A DNA stretch of 64,000 nucleotides, taken from positions 322,369-386,368 of the forward strand of contig CAVTZJ010000004.1 of NCBI GenBank assembly GCA_963739205.1, in the 5' to 3' direction. Source of the stretch: an uncultured Pseudomonadota bacterium. Lineage in GTDB: Bacteria; Pseudomonadota; Gammaproteobacteria; Burkholderiales; SG8-39. Position numbers and translations under genes: made by a program. Positions 43,565-53,397 of this stretch are shown here, piece after piece (position 1 is the stretch's first letter; every line of letters starts with the position of its first letter). Under the pieces are notes generated by a model. It was not told the DNA's origin and did not search any database. It saw nothing but the letters and a program-made list of their open reading frames with translations.

Positions 43565-44294
43565 ATTCCTCGGATCCGGCCTGCGCCGCGGGCTCGGCCG
43601 ACCGCGCGCGGCGCGCGAGCCAGGCGCCCAGCGCCACGACGAATGCCGCGCCGCACGCGCCCGCCACCCTGTATTCCACCAGCCATGCGGCACGCAGCAC
43701 CACCCAGCCCTTTATCGCCGGGTCCGTCGCCATGATCTCGCCGGCGATGTAGCCGAGCAGCGCGCCGCCGAGCGTGATGATGACCGGAAAGCGCTCCATC
43801 ATGCGCAGCATGATCGTGCTGCCGAAGATCACGATCGGGATCGAGATCGCGAGGCCGAGCACGAGCAGCACGGCCTTGAGGTCCGGCGGCCCCTGCTCCG
43901 CCGCGGCCGCCACGGCGATCACGTTGTCCAGGCTCATCACCAGGTCGGCGACGAGGATCGTCTTCACCGCCTGCAGCAGGCTGTCGCCCGCCTCGATGCC
44001 TTCTTCGCCGTCCTCGGGCACCAGGAGCTTCACGCCGATCCAGACGAGCAGCACTCCGCCCACCAGCTTCAGCCACGGGAGTTGCAGCAGCGCCACCGCG
44101 AAGATCGTGAGCAGCACGCGCATCACGATCGCCGCAGCGCTGCCCCAGAACACTGCGACTTTCTGCTGCTGCGCCGGCAGCGCGCGCGCCGCGAGCGCGA
44201 TCACCACGGCGTTGTCGCCGGAGAGCAGCAGGTTCACCCAGATGATCGCGCCGAGCGACTTCCAGAAGCCGAAGTCGGCGATGGCTTGCAGCAT
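43560..44294 (-). CDS. TerC-family integral membrane protein
   Basis: LLLSGDNAVVIALAARALP and MSLDNVIAVAAAA are the twin TerC motifs. 244 aa. Confidence 0.8.
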   Translation of the reverse strand: MLQAIADFGFWKSLGAIIWVNLLLSGDNAVVIALAARALPAQQQKVAVFWGSAAAIVMRVLLTIFAVALLQLPWLKLVGGVLLVWIGVKLLVPEDGEEGIEAGDSLLQAVKTILVADLVMSLDNVIAVAAAAEQGPPDLKAVLLVLGLAISIPIVIFGSTIMLRMMERFPVIITLGGALLGYIAGEIMATDPAIKGWVVLRAAWLVEYRVAGACGAAFVVALGAWLARRARSAEPAAQAGSEES

Positions 44295-44324
44295 TGCGGC
44301 GATTTCCTCGCGTCGATGCGCGGG

Positions 44325-44330
44325 ATTCTA
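44325..44330 (-). promoter_or_regulatory. Candidate -10 element (TAGAAT) for terC
   Basis: The minus strand reads GTTAGAATCC, ~30 nt upstream of ATG 44294. Confidence 0.3.
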
Positions 44331-44351
44331 ACCGCAATGCTTACGTCCACG

Positions 44352-46023
44352 TCAGAACAGACCGACCACCTTGCCGTCGACGATGTCGATCTTGTTCGCC
44401 GACGGCACCTTGGGCAGCCCGGGCATCGTCATGATGTCGCCGCAGACCATGACGACGAACTCAGCTCCGGCAGCGAGCCGGACCTCGCGCACGTTGATCA
44501 CATGGTTCGACGGCGCGCCGCGCAGCTGGGCGTCGGTGGAAAAGGAGTACTGCGTCTTGGCGACGCACACCGGGTAGCGGCCGTAGCCGTCGTCCTGCAG
44601 CTTCTTGATCTGGGCGCGCACCTTGCCGTCGGCGGTCACTTCCGAGGCGCGGTACACCTTCTTCGCGATCTTGCCGATCTTGTCCCACAGGCTGTCGCCG
44701 TCTTCGTACACCAGCGTCGGCTTGGTGGATTTGTCGCACAGGCCGACCACGATCCGGGCCAGCTCGGCCGCGCCCTTGCCGCCGTCGGCCCAGTGCGTCG
44801 CCAGCACCACCGGCACGCCGAGTTTCGCCATCCTCGACTTGAGCAGCTCGATCTCCGCCGGAGTGTCGAAGGTGAAGCGGTTGATCGACACCACGCAGGG
44901 CACGCCGTAGACGTTCTGCACGTTGTCGACGTGGCGCTCGAGATTCACCAGCCCCTTTTCCAGCGCCGCGACGTTCTCCTTGTTCACCTCCTTGACGTCG
45001 ACTCCGCCGTGATACTTGAGCGCGCGAATCGTGGCCACGATCACCGCGGCGTTCGGGCGCAGGCCGCTCTTGCGGCACTTGATATCGAGGAACTTCTCCG
45101 CGCCCAGGTCGGCGCCGAAGCCCGCCTCGGTCACCACGTAGTCGGCGAGCTTGAGCGCAGACTGCGTCGCGATCACCGAATTGCAGCCATGCGCGATGTT
45201 GGCGAAGGGACCACCGTGGATGAACGCCGGATTGTTCTCCAGCGTCTGCACCAGGTTCGGCTTGAGCGCGTCCCTGAGGAGCACTGTCATCGCGCCGTGC
45301 GCGTTCAGGTCACGCGCGTAGACCGGCTTCTGCTCGCGCGTGTAGCCGACCACGATGTTGCCCAGGCGCTTCTTCAGGTCCTCGATCGAGGTAGCGAGGC
45401 AGAAGATCGCCATCACCTCGGAGGCGACGACGATGTCGAAGCCGTCCTGGCGCGGGTAGCCGTTGCCCGGCCCGCCGAGCGAACCGACGATCTCGCGCAG
45501 CGCGCGGTCGTTCATGTCCATGACCCGCTTCCAGGTGATGCGGCGCACGTCGATGCCGAGCTCGTTGCCGTGGTGGATATGGTTGTCGAGGAGCGCCGCG
45601 AGCAGGTTGTTCGCCAGCGCGATCGCGTTGAAGTCGCCGGTGAAGTGCAGGTTGATGTCCTCCATCGGCACCACCTGCGCGTAACCGCCGCCGGCGGCGC
45701 CGCCCTTCATGCCGAACACCGGACCGAGCGAGGGCTCGCGCAGGCAGATCACCGCCTTCTTGCCGATGTGGTTTAGCGCATCGCCCGAGACCGACCGTGG
45801 TCGTGGTCTTGCCCTCGCCCGCAGGCGTCGGCGTCATCGCGGTCACCAGGATCAGCTTGCCGTCCTTGCGCCCTTTGAGCGAGTCGAGGTACTGGAGCGA
45901 GACCTTGGCCTTGGTATGGCCATAGGGCTCGAGCTGATCTTCCGGAATGCCGAGCCTTTCGAGAGCGACTTGGGAGATGCGCTTGAGCTTCGCAGCCTGC
46001 GCGATTTCGATGTCCGACGGCAT
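44352..46023 (-). pseudogene. fhs: Formate--tetrahydrofolate ligase with one +1-nt frameshift (possibly a sequencing error)
   Basis: ORF 45310..46023 gives [13 protein letters not shown]...[20 protein letters not shown] 44352..45752 gives [23 protein letters not shown]... to the end. The frames join at CCC 45784-45786 (GGG where GG is expected), which would restore [12 protein letters not shown]. The length of 1672 nt equals 3n+1. Confidence 0.85.
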
Positions 46024-46064
46024 TGCTCGAGACCTTTGTCGTTGTTGGAATGGGTTGTGCCGGC

Positions 46065-48869
46065 TCAGCCGTACAGCAGGGAGAGCGTCTCGCCCTTGCC
46101 GTAGCCTGGGTTGCCCGGCCGTGCGCCGCCCTTGGTCACCTTGACGGCGCAGTACTTGAACTCGGGGATTTTGCCGAACGGGTCGAGCGCCGGGTTGGTG
46201 AGCAGGTTCGCCGCCGCCTCGTAGAAGGCGAACGGGATGAACACCGCGCCGCGCGGCGTGCCCTCGTCGGCCCGCGCGTAGAGCGAAATGCTGCCGCGGC
46301 GCGAGGCGACCGTCACCACGTCGCCGGGCTTCGCCTTCAAGGCGGCGAGGTCGAGCGGATGGAGCGAGGCGACCGGCTCGGGCTCGATGGCGTCCAGCAC
46401 GCCCGCGCGGCGCGTCATCGCGCCCGTGTGCCAGTGCTCGAGCTGCCGACCGGTGATCAGCACCACGGGGTAATTGCGGTCGGGCCGCTCGGCGGCCGGG
46501 ATCAGATCCGCCGGCACGAACTTCGCCCGCCCGGTGGCGGTCGGGAAATGCGTGCGGAACACCACCGGCTCACCCGCGTCGCCCTCGTGCTCGCAGGGGT
46601 AGGTGACCGACGAGTCGCGCTCCAGGCGCTCCCAGGTGATGCCGGCGATCGAGTTCATGCCCTTGCGCATCTCGTCGAACACCTCGCGCGGCTCGGCGTA
46701 CGACCAGTCGAGGCCCAGCCGTCGCGCCAGCTGCACGATGATCCAAAGATCCTCGCGTGCATCGCCCGGCGGCTCGATCGCTTTCCTGGCGAGCTGCACC
46801 ATGCGGTCGGTATTGGTGAAGGTGCCGGCCTTCTCGGGAAAGGCGGTCGCCGGCAGCACCACGTCGGCGAGATACGCGGTCTCGGTGAGGAAGATGTCCT
46901 GCACCACCAGGTGCTCGAGCTTCGCCATCGCCTCGCGGGCGTGCGCCACGTCCGGATCCGACATCGCGGGGTTCTCGCCCATGATGTACATGCCGCGGAT
47001 CTTGCCCGCCTTGGCGGCGTTCATGATCTCGACCACAGTCAGGCCCGGCTTGCCGTCGAGCGGCTTGCCCCACAGCGCCTCGAAGCGCTTGCGCGCCTCG
47101 GGATTGTCGACGCGCTGGTAGTCGGGGAACACCATCGGGATCAGGCCCGAGTCCGACGCCCCTTGCACGTTGTTCTGTCCGCGCAGGGGATGCAGGCCGG
47201 TGCCCGGACGCCCGATCTGGCCGGTCATGAGCGCGAGCGCTATGAGGCACCTCGCGTTGTCGGTGCCGTGCACGTGCTGGCTGATGCCCATGCCCCACAG
47301 GATCATCGATCCCCGCGAGGTCGCATACAGGCGCGCCACCTCGCGGATCGTCTGCGCCGGGATGCCGCACACGGGCGCCATCTTCTCAGGCGAGAACGCC
47401 TTGGCGTTCCTCTTCAGTTCCGCAAAGCCACTGGTGCGGTCCCGGACGAAGGCCTCGTTCACCAGGCCCTCGTCGATGATCGCGTGGATCATGGCGTTCA
47501 GCAGCGCCACGTCGGTGTCGGGACGGAACTGCAGGAAGTGCGTCGCATGGCGCTCGAGCTCGGTGCGGCGCGGATCGGCGACGATCAGCTTGACGCCGCT
47601 TTTCGCGGCGTTCTTGATCCAGGTCGCGGCCACCGGGTGGTTGACGGTCGGGTTCGCGCCGATGATGAACACCACCTCGGCATTCAGCACGTCGCTCACC
47701 TGGTTGGACACGGCGCCCGAGTTGATGCCCTCCATGAGCGCCGCCACCGACGAGGCGTGGCACAGTCGCGTACAGTGGTCGACGTTGTTGGTGCCGAAGC
47801 CGGTGCGTACCAGCTTCTGGAACAGGTACGCTTCTTCGTTCGAGCCCTTGGCCGAGCCGAACCCGGCCAATGCATAGCGATCCTGATTTCTTAATTCAAG
47901 TAATTTCTTTGAAGCAATATCGAGTGCTTCGTCCCACGTCGCCTCCCGGAAGACCTCCGACCAGTTCCCGGGATCGACTACGAAGTCGGCGCTCTTCGGC
48001 ACGCCGGGCTTGCGGATGAGCGGCTTGGTCAAGCGGTGCGGATGGTGCGCGTAGTCGAATCCATAGCGGCCCTTTACGCATAGCCGCCCGTGGTTCGCGG
48101 GGCCGTCGCGCCCGGTGACGAAGCGGATCTTGTTCTCGCTCACGTGGTAGGTGAGCTGGCAGCCGACGCCGCAGAACGGGCACAGCGAGTCGACTTTGCG
48201 CTCTGCGACGGCGAAGCCCGCGTCGCGCGCCGGCATGAGCGCGCCGGTCGGGCAGGCCTGCACGCATTCGCCGCAGGCCACGCAGGTCGACTCGCCCATC
48301 GGGTCGTCGAAGTCGAACACGATCTTCGCGTGCTCACCACGGAAGGCGTAGCCGATCACGTCGTTCACCTGCTCCTCGCGGCAGGCGCGCAGGCAGCGCG
48401 TGCACTGAATGCAGGCGTCGAGGTTGACCGCCATCGCCGGGTGCGACAGGTCCGCAGCGGGCTGGGCGCGGGAAGGAAAGCGCGGCAATCCAAGGCCGAG
48501 CTTGCGCGCCCACTGGTCGAGCTCCGAGTCTAGCCGGTACTCCTTCTCCGGCATGTCCGCGAGGAGGAGCTCGAGCACCATCTTCTGCGAGGCCCGGGCG
48601 CGCGCCGAGTCGGTGGTGACCTCCATGCCCTCGGCCGGGTAGCGGCAACAAGAGGGCGCGAGCACGCGCTCGCCCTTGATCTCCACCATGCAGGCGCGGC
48701 AGTTGCCGTCGGGCCGCAGGCCGGGCATGTAGCAAAGGTGCGGAACCTCGACGCCGTGGCGCCGCGCGGCTTCGAGGATCGTCTCATCGGGCCGGCCCAC
48801 CACCGTACTGCCGTTAAGCTTGAACTCGATCGGCATCGTGGCGAGCTGCCGGTTGGTCGGTCGATCCAT
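46065..48869 (-). CDS. fdsA: NAD-linked formate dehydrogenase, catalytic alpha subunit (Mo/W-bisPGD, NuoG-like N-terminus)
   Basis: Internal ATG 48869 shares 1 nt with the upstream stop. 2Fe-2S and 4Fe-4S Cys clusters. The active-site region TRLCHASSV carries Cys, not Sec. 934 aa. Confidence 0.88.
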   Translation of the reverse strand: MDRPTNRQLATMPIEFKLNGSTVVGRPDETILEAARRHGVEVPHLCYMPGLRPDGNCRACMVEIKGERVLAPSCCRYPAEGMEVTTDSARARASQKMVLELLLADMPEKEYRLDSELDQWARKLGLGLPRFPSRAQPAADLSHPAMAVNLDACIQCTRCLRACREEQVNDVIGYAFRGEHAKIVFDFDDPMGESTCVACGECVQACPTGALMPARDAGFAVAERKVDSLCPFCGVGCQLTYHVSENKIRFVTGRDGPANHGRLCVKGRYGFDYAHHPHRLTKPLIRKPGVPKSADFVVDPGNWSEVFREATWDEALDIASKKLLELRNQDRYALAGFGSAKGSNEEAYLFQKLVRTGFGTNNVDHCTRLCHASSVAALMEGINSGAVSNQVSDVLNAEVVFIIGANPTVNHPVAATWIKNAAKSGVKLIVADPRRTELERHATHFLQFRPDTDVALLNAMIHAIIDEGLVNEAFVRDRTSGFAELKRNAKAFSPEKMAPVCGIPAQTIREVARLYATSRGSMILWGMGISQHVHGTDNARCLIALALMTGQIGRPGTGLHPLRGQNNVQGASDSGLIPMVFPDYQRVDNPEARKRFEALWGKPLDGKPGLTVVEIMNAAKAGKIRGMYIMGENPAMSDPDVAHAREAMAKLEHLVVQDIFLTETAYLADVVLPATAFPEKAGTFTNTDRMVQLARKAIEPPGDAREDLWIIVQLARRLGLDWSYAEPREVFDEMRKGMNSIAGITWERLERDSSVTYPCEHEGDAGEPVVFRTHFPTATGRAKFVPADLIPAAERPDRNYPVVLITGRQLEHWHTGAMTRRAGVLDAIEPEPVASLHPLDLAALKAKPGDVVTVASRRGSISLYARADEGTPRGAVFIPFAFYEAAANLLTNPALDPFGKIPEFKYCAVKVTKGGARPGNPGYGKGETLSLLYG

Positions 48870-50557
48870 CACGTCACCTCGTGAGGAAAGTACTTCATCA
48901 CTGTAAGCGCCGGGTTGGGCGCCGCCTGGCCGAGGCCGCAGATCGATGCGTCGGCCATCGTCTGTGAGAGTTCCCTGAGCAGCGGCTGGTTCCAGCGGCG
49001 CTCGCCCATCAGCGCGAGCGCCTTGGCGGTGCCGACGCGGCAGGGCGTGCACTGGCCGCAGGACTCGTCGCGGAAGAAGCGCATCAGGTTCTGCGCCGCG
49101 TGGCTCGCCTTGTCGTGGTCCGACAGGATCACCACCGCGGCCGAGCCGATGAACGCGCCGTGCGGCTGCAGCGTATCGAAATCGAGCGGCACGTCGCCCA
49201 GGCTCGCCGGCAGGATGCCGCCGGAGGCGCCGCCGGGCAGGTAGCCGTAGAACTCGTGGCCTTCCTGCATGCCGCCGCAATATTCGTCGATCAGCTCGCG
49301 CGCCGTGATCCCCGCCGGCGCAAGGTGCACGCCGGGCTTGCGCACGCGCCCCGACACCGAGAACGAGCGCAGGCCCTTCCTGCCGTGCCGCCCGTGCGAC
49401 GTGAACCAGGCGGCGCCCTTCTCGACGATCTCGCGTACCCAGTACACGGTTTCCATGTTGTGCTCGAGGGTCGGATAACCGAACAACCCGACCTGCGCGA
49501 CGTACGGCGGGCGCAGGCGCGGCATGCCGCGCTTGCCTTCGATCGACTCGATCATCGCGGACTCCTCGCCGCAGATGTAGGCGCCCGCACCGCGGCGCAG
49601 GTGCATCGGGGGCAGGGGAAATTTCGCTCCGGTCTTAAGTCGCTTGATTTCCTTTTCCAGGATCGCCCTGCAGCCGGCATACTCATCCCGCAGGTAGACG
49701 TAGATTTCGCCAACGCCGGCGCACCACGCCGCCACCAGCATGCCCTCGAGGAAGCGGTGCGGGTCGCGCTCCAGGTACCAGCGGTCCTTGAAGGTGCCGG
49801 GCTCGCCTTCGTCGATGTTGACCGCCATGAGGCGCGGCGCCTTCTCGGCGGCGACGATGCGCCACTTGCGCCCGGCCGGGAAGCCCGCGCCGCCCAGGCC
49901 CCGCAGGCCCGAATCCTCCATGATCTTGGTGATCTCCTCGCGCGTGCGCTTGCCGGCGAGGCAGTCGGCGATCAGCCGGTAGCCGCCCGCACGCTGGTAG
50001 GCCGCGTAATCAAGGTAGCGCGGCACGGGGCAGCGCGTCGCGTCGTCGTCCACCGTCTCGCGCACCTTCGCCGGCGTCGCGAACGGCACCGGGTTCTGGC
50101 CGACCACCACGCACGGCGCCACTTCACAGCGGCCGACGCAAGGGGCGTGCAGCACACGGACGTCGGTGCCGAGCACGCTCGGCAGGCGGTGCAGCAGCTC
50201 GTGCGCGCCGGCCAGCTCGCAGGCGATCGAGTCGCACACGCGCACCGTGAGCGGCGCGGGCGCCTCGGCGCCCTCCTTCACGACGTCGAAATGGTGATAG
50301 AAGGTGGCAACCTCGTAGACTTCGGTGAGCGACAGGCGCATCTCGTGCGCCAGCGCCGCGAGGTGCGCGGTCGACAGCTGCCCGCAAGCATCCTGGATGC
50401 GGTGCAGGTGCTCGATCAGCAGGTCGCGCCGGCGCGGCGCGCCGCCGATCAGCCTGCGCACATCTTCGAGTGCTTTGGGATCGACGCGGCGACCTTTGGG
50501 CGTGGAGCGGACTCTGCCCTTCACGGTTCGTGTGCCTCCTTGCTTGCGCCGGGCCAT
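48869..50557 (-). CDS. fdsB: Formate dehydrogenase diaphorase subunit; fused NuoE-like and NuoF-like domains
   Basis: The NuoE-like N-terminus is DLLIEHLHRIQDACGQLS...VRVCDSIACEL. The NuoF-like core is GLGGAGFPAGRKW, with ESCGQCTPCR. Start ATG 50557 is uncertain. Confidence 0.82.
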   Translation of the reverse strand: MARRKQGGTRTVKGRVRSTPKGRRVDPKALEDVRRLIGGAPRRRDLLIEHLHRIQDACGQLSTAHLAALAHEMRLSLTEVYEVATFYHHFDVVKEGAEAPAPLTVRVCDSIACELAGAHELLHRLPSVLGTDVRVLHAPCVGRCEVAPCVVVGQNPVPFATPAKVRETVDDDATRCPVPRYLDYAAYQRAGGYRLIADCLAGKRTREEITKIMEDSGLRGLGGAGFPAGRKWRIVAAEKAPRLMAVNIDEGEPGTFKDRWYLERDPHRFLEGMLVAAWCAGVGEIYVYLRDEYAGCRAILEKEIKRLKTGAKFPLPPMHLRRGAGAYICGEESAMIESIEGKRGMPRLRPPYVAQVGLFGYPTLEHNMETVYWVREIVEKGAAWFTSHGRHGRKGLRSFSVSGRVRKPGVHLAPAGITARELIDEYCGGMQEGHEFYGYLPGGASGGILPASLGDVPLDFDTLQPHGAFIGSAAVVILSDHDKASHAAQNLMRFFRDESCGQCTPCRVGTAKALALMGERRWNQPLLRELSQTMADASICGLGQAAPNPALTVMKYFPHEVT

Positions 50558-50581
50558 TATCCGGCACGCGGCGGCGCGAAA

Positions 50582-50601
50582 CGCTTGACTGCGGTCAAGC
50601 G
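50582..50601. promoter_or_regulatory. FNR/FixK-type box CGCTTGAC-TGCG-GTCAAGCG in the divergent fdsB / amidotransferase spacer
   Basis: Perfect palindrome read from the sequence. It is the third copy of CTTGAC-N4-GTCAAG. Confidence 0.6.
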
Positions 50602-50637
50602 CTTGGCGGCCCAGCTTGCCGCCGCTACCATGCCCGC

Positions 50638-51561
50638 ATGTGCCGCGCGCTCCTCTACCTCGGCCGGCCGGTGCTGCTTGACAATCTGTTCTACCGGCCG
50701 GATTCCGCATTGGTGCGGCAAAGCTACATGCCGAAGATGCTGCACCTGCTGAACCTGGCGGGCTTCGGCATGCGCGCCTGGGACCGCGCCTCGCAAAACC
50801 CCGATGCGCCGTTCGCCTACAGCTCGCCGTCCCTTCCGGTGTTCGACAGGAACCTCAAGAACCTGGCCGAGAAGATCGCCGCGACCTGCGTGCTGGCGCA
50901 CGTGCGCGGCGTGCCCTACAGCACCACGGTCGAGATCTCGCCGCAGAACGTGCATCCGTTCCAGTTCGCCGGCGTGCCGCTGGTCATGGCGCACAACGGC
51001 GACCTGGCCCAGTTCGCGCGCCTGCGCCCGCTCATCGCGCGCCATGTCAAGGACGAGTTCGCGGCGCAGGTGCGCGGCACCACCGACAGCGAGTGGATCT
51101 ACGCGCTGGTGGTGTCGCACCTGAGGAACCCACGGGCGCGCCCTTCCGAGAGCGAGCTGATCGACGCGATCGCCGCGGCGCTCGGCGTGATCCGCGCCGC
51201 GCGCGCCGAGGCGGGCGTCGCCGAGTCGTCTTCGGTGAACCTGTTCCTCGCCGACGGCGCGCAGCTCGCCGCGGTGCGCTACTGCTTCGATTTCGGCTGC
51301 TTCCCGACCGAGGACCCCGCGCAGGTCCGCCCCGACAGCCTGCGCTACGCGAGCCTCTGGTACACGCTCGGGCGCGACTACGGCCTGCACGACGGCGAGT
51401 GGAAGATGACAGGCGGCGCCGAGCACGCCGACGCGCTGCTGATCGCCTCCGAGCCGCTCAGCAGCGACATCGCGGCCTGGGTGGAGGTACCCGAGTACGG
51501 CGTGCTGCACGCCGCGCTGCAGGATGGACAGCCGGCGATCAGCCAGCGACTTCTCGACTAG
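50638..51561 (+). CDS. Class II (Ntn) glutamine amidotransferase-domain protein
   Basis: The internal ATG gives MCRALLYLG, i.e. a Cys2 nucleophile. AHVRGV...NVHPF...AHNGDL blocks. Confidence 0.75.
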   Translation: MCRALLYLGRPVLLDNLFYRPDSALVRQSYMPKMLHLLNLAGFGMRAWDRASQNPDAPFAYSSPSLPVFDRNLKNLAEKIAATCVLAHVRGVPYSTTVEISPQNVHPFQFAGVPLVMAHNGDLAQFARLRPLIARHVKDEFAAQVRGTTDSEWIYALVVSHLRNPRARPSESELIDAIAAALGVIRAARAEAGVAESSSVNLFLADGAQLAAVRYCFDFGCFPTEDPAQVRPDSLRYASLWYTLGRDYGLHDGEWKMTGGAEHADALLIASEPLSSDIAAWVEVPEYGVLHAALQDGQPAISQRLLD

Positions 51562-52591
51562 GGTCCGTGGCCACGACCTGCCCCGCATGCGCGGCCTCGA
51601 GCCGGTCGCCTTCGCCGCGCGCACCGCGCAGCCGCGCCAGGCTGATGAGGCGCGTCAGCTGGGTATTCGTATGCACCATGAGCGCGAGTAACCGGCCGTG
51701 GATTGCGCGCCGCAGCCGCGCCGACACGGCGCCCGAGCGGTAATAGAGCTCGTCGAAAATCGGTCGCGTGAATTCGAGCAGCAGCGCCTTCTCGCGCACG
51801 AACGCGGCGGCGCCGTGTGGCGCCCCCGCGAGCAGGCGCACGAAGCCGGCGAGGTTCCCCGGGCCGTAGAGCACCAGGCGCCGCTCGCGCTCGCCCTGGC
51901 GCGCCCACACCTCGACGGCGCCGCGCACCACCACGTAGCAGGCCACCGCCGGCGCCTCCGGAACGTACAGCGCCTGGCCGCGCGGCAGCTCGAGTACCGC
52001 GGCGCGCGCCGCGACGCGGTCGATGTCCTGCGCCTCGAAGCCCTCGAACAGCGCGAGCAACGGCAGGAACGGACGGAACTCGAACGACGCGCGCGCGACG
52101 CGCGGCACGCCCGCGAGCGGATCGCCCGCGGGCAGCGGCACCGCGGCGCGGTCCTCGGCCGAAGGCGCTGCGAGCAGCAGCGCGGTCAGGTTCTCGATCT
52201 TCGCGCACAGCGCCTCGGTCACCGCGTGCTGCACCGCGAGCGCCGGCGGCGTGTACTGCACGGCGAGCGCGCGAAAGTCGTCACGGGCCAGGTACCAGCC
52301 TTCCACCGGCTCGCTCGCGACTACCGTCGCCGAGACCGTGCCGCGCTCGATGAGCGCCATCTCGCCGAGCACTGCCCCGGGGCCGACCTCGTTCACCACC
52401 AGCCGCTCGCCGCCGGGCAGGTCGACGAGCGCCTGCGCACGCCCCGAGCGCAGCACGTACGCGCCCTGCGCCGCCTGCCCGTAGCGCAGCAGCCGCGCGC
52501 CGGCGGCAAACGATACCGGCCGGGCCACCGAAAGCAGCAGCTCGCGCGCCTCGCGGTCCAGCTTGTCGAGAAATGGCCTGTCGGTCTCCAT
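51539..52591 (-). CDS. Protein with two cyclic-nucleotide-binding-like domains and no recognisable output domain
   Basis: Two CNB-like beta-barrel regions (GEMALIERGTVSATVVA, and a second degenerate copy). 350 aa. Confidence 0.65.
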   Translation of the reverse strand: METDRPFLDKLDREARELLLSVARPVSFAAGARLLRYGQAAQGAYVLRSGRAQALVDLPGGERLVVNEVGPGAVLGEMALIERGTVSATVVASEPVEGWYLARDDFRALAVQYTPPALAVQHAVTEALCAKIENLTALLLAAPSAEDRAAVPLPAGDPLAGVPRVARASFEFRPFLPLLALFEGFEAQDIDRVAARAAVLELPRGQALYVPEAPAVACYVVVRGAVEVWARQGERERRLVLYGPGNLAGFVRLLAGAPHGAAAFVREKALLLEFTRPIFDELYYRSGAVSARLRRAIHGRLLALMVHTNTQLTRLISLARLRGARGEGDRLEAAHAGQVVATDPSREVAG

Positions 52592-52640
52592 GGCGGATCA
52601 ATGTAACATTTCATGCGGTCGTCTAAAGAGGAGCGGCACG

Positions 52641-53390
52641 GTGAAGCACACTGCAGAGTCACTTCGGCGCATGAAGTCGGTGACCCGGATCCCGATGCTG
52701 ACGGCGTACACGGCGCCCGTGGCCCGCTGTCTCGAGCAAGCGGAGATTCCCGTGATCCTGGTGGGCGACTCGGTCGGCATGGTGGAAATGGGCTTCGACA
52801 GCACCCGCCACGTGACCATCGAGCACATGCAATATCACGTCGGCGCAGTGCGCCGCGGCGCGCGTGACACCCACATCGTCGGCGACCTGCCTTACGGCTG
52901 CGACGACGATCCGGCGCAGGCGCTGCGCAGCGCGCGCCTGCTCGTCGGCGCCGGCGCCGACAGCGTAAAGCTGGAAGGCCCCAAGTACGAAGTCGTCCGC
53001 CATCTCGTCGCAAATGGCATCGACGTGGTGGGCCACACGGGGCTGACGCCGCAGACCGCGACCAGCTTCAGGCAGGTGGGCCGCGACAGCGCCGACTCCG
53101 AGCGCGTGCAGAACGAGGCGATCGGCATCGCCGCGGCAGGCGCCTACATGATCGTGCTAGAGCACATCCCGGAAGCGCTCGGGGCGGCGGTCACGGACGC
53201 CGTCTCGGTGCCGACGATCGGGATCGGCGCCGGCAAGGCCTGCGACGGGCAGGTGCTCGTAATCAACGACGCCCTTGGCCTGAGCGAGCGCCTGCCCCCG
53301 TTCGCCCGGCGCTACGCAGATCTCGGCAAGACCATCGTCGACGCCGCCCAGGCCTTCGCCAGCCAAGTCAAGGACGGCTCATTCCGATGA
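52641..53390 (+). CDS. panB: 3-methyl-2-oxobutanoate hydroxymethyltransferase
   Basis: GTG 52641 is preceded by AAGAGGAG. MLTAYTAP, LVGDSVGMV, VGDLPYG, KLEG, GHTGLTPQ and GIGAG blocks. Confidence 0.85.
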   Translation: MKHTAESLRRMKSVTRIPMLTAYTAPVARCLEQAEIPVILVGDSVGMVEMGFDSTRHVTIEHMQYHVGAVRRGARDTHIVGDLPYGCDDDPAQALRSARLLVGAGADSVKLEGPKYEVVRHLVANGIDVVGHTGLTPQTATSFRQVGRDSADSERVQNEAIGIAAAGAYMIVLEHIPEALGAAVTDAVSVPTIGIGAGKACDGQVLVINDALGLSERLPPFARRYADLGKTIVDAAQAFASQVKDGSFR

Positions 53391-53397
53391 GGGGCAG

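Noticed and set aside
44295-44351. Possible Mn-sensing yybP-ykoY riboswitch upstream of the TerC-family gene.
   Set aside because: Only 57 nt separate terC from fhs. That is too short for the riboswitch, and no matching conserved helices were seen.
48870-49280. N-terminal extensions of track ORFs, for example fdsA 46065..49280. The same issue applies to the bepA-like, sucC, sucD, oxc, frc, fdsB, formyltransferase, PP2C and pilin ORFs.
   Set aside because: The extensions overlap the preceding gene and are Arg/Gly/Pro-rich. Internal ATGs with RBS-like sequences, or with stop/start coupling, give proteins of canonical length.
52600-52610. 11-nt palindrome AATGTAACATT in the spacer between the tandem-CNB gene and panB.
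   Set aside because: It is short, AT-rich and unique in the window. It overlaps what could simply be a -10-like element (TAACAT), so the evidence for an operator is insufficient.
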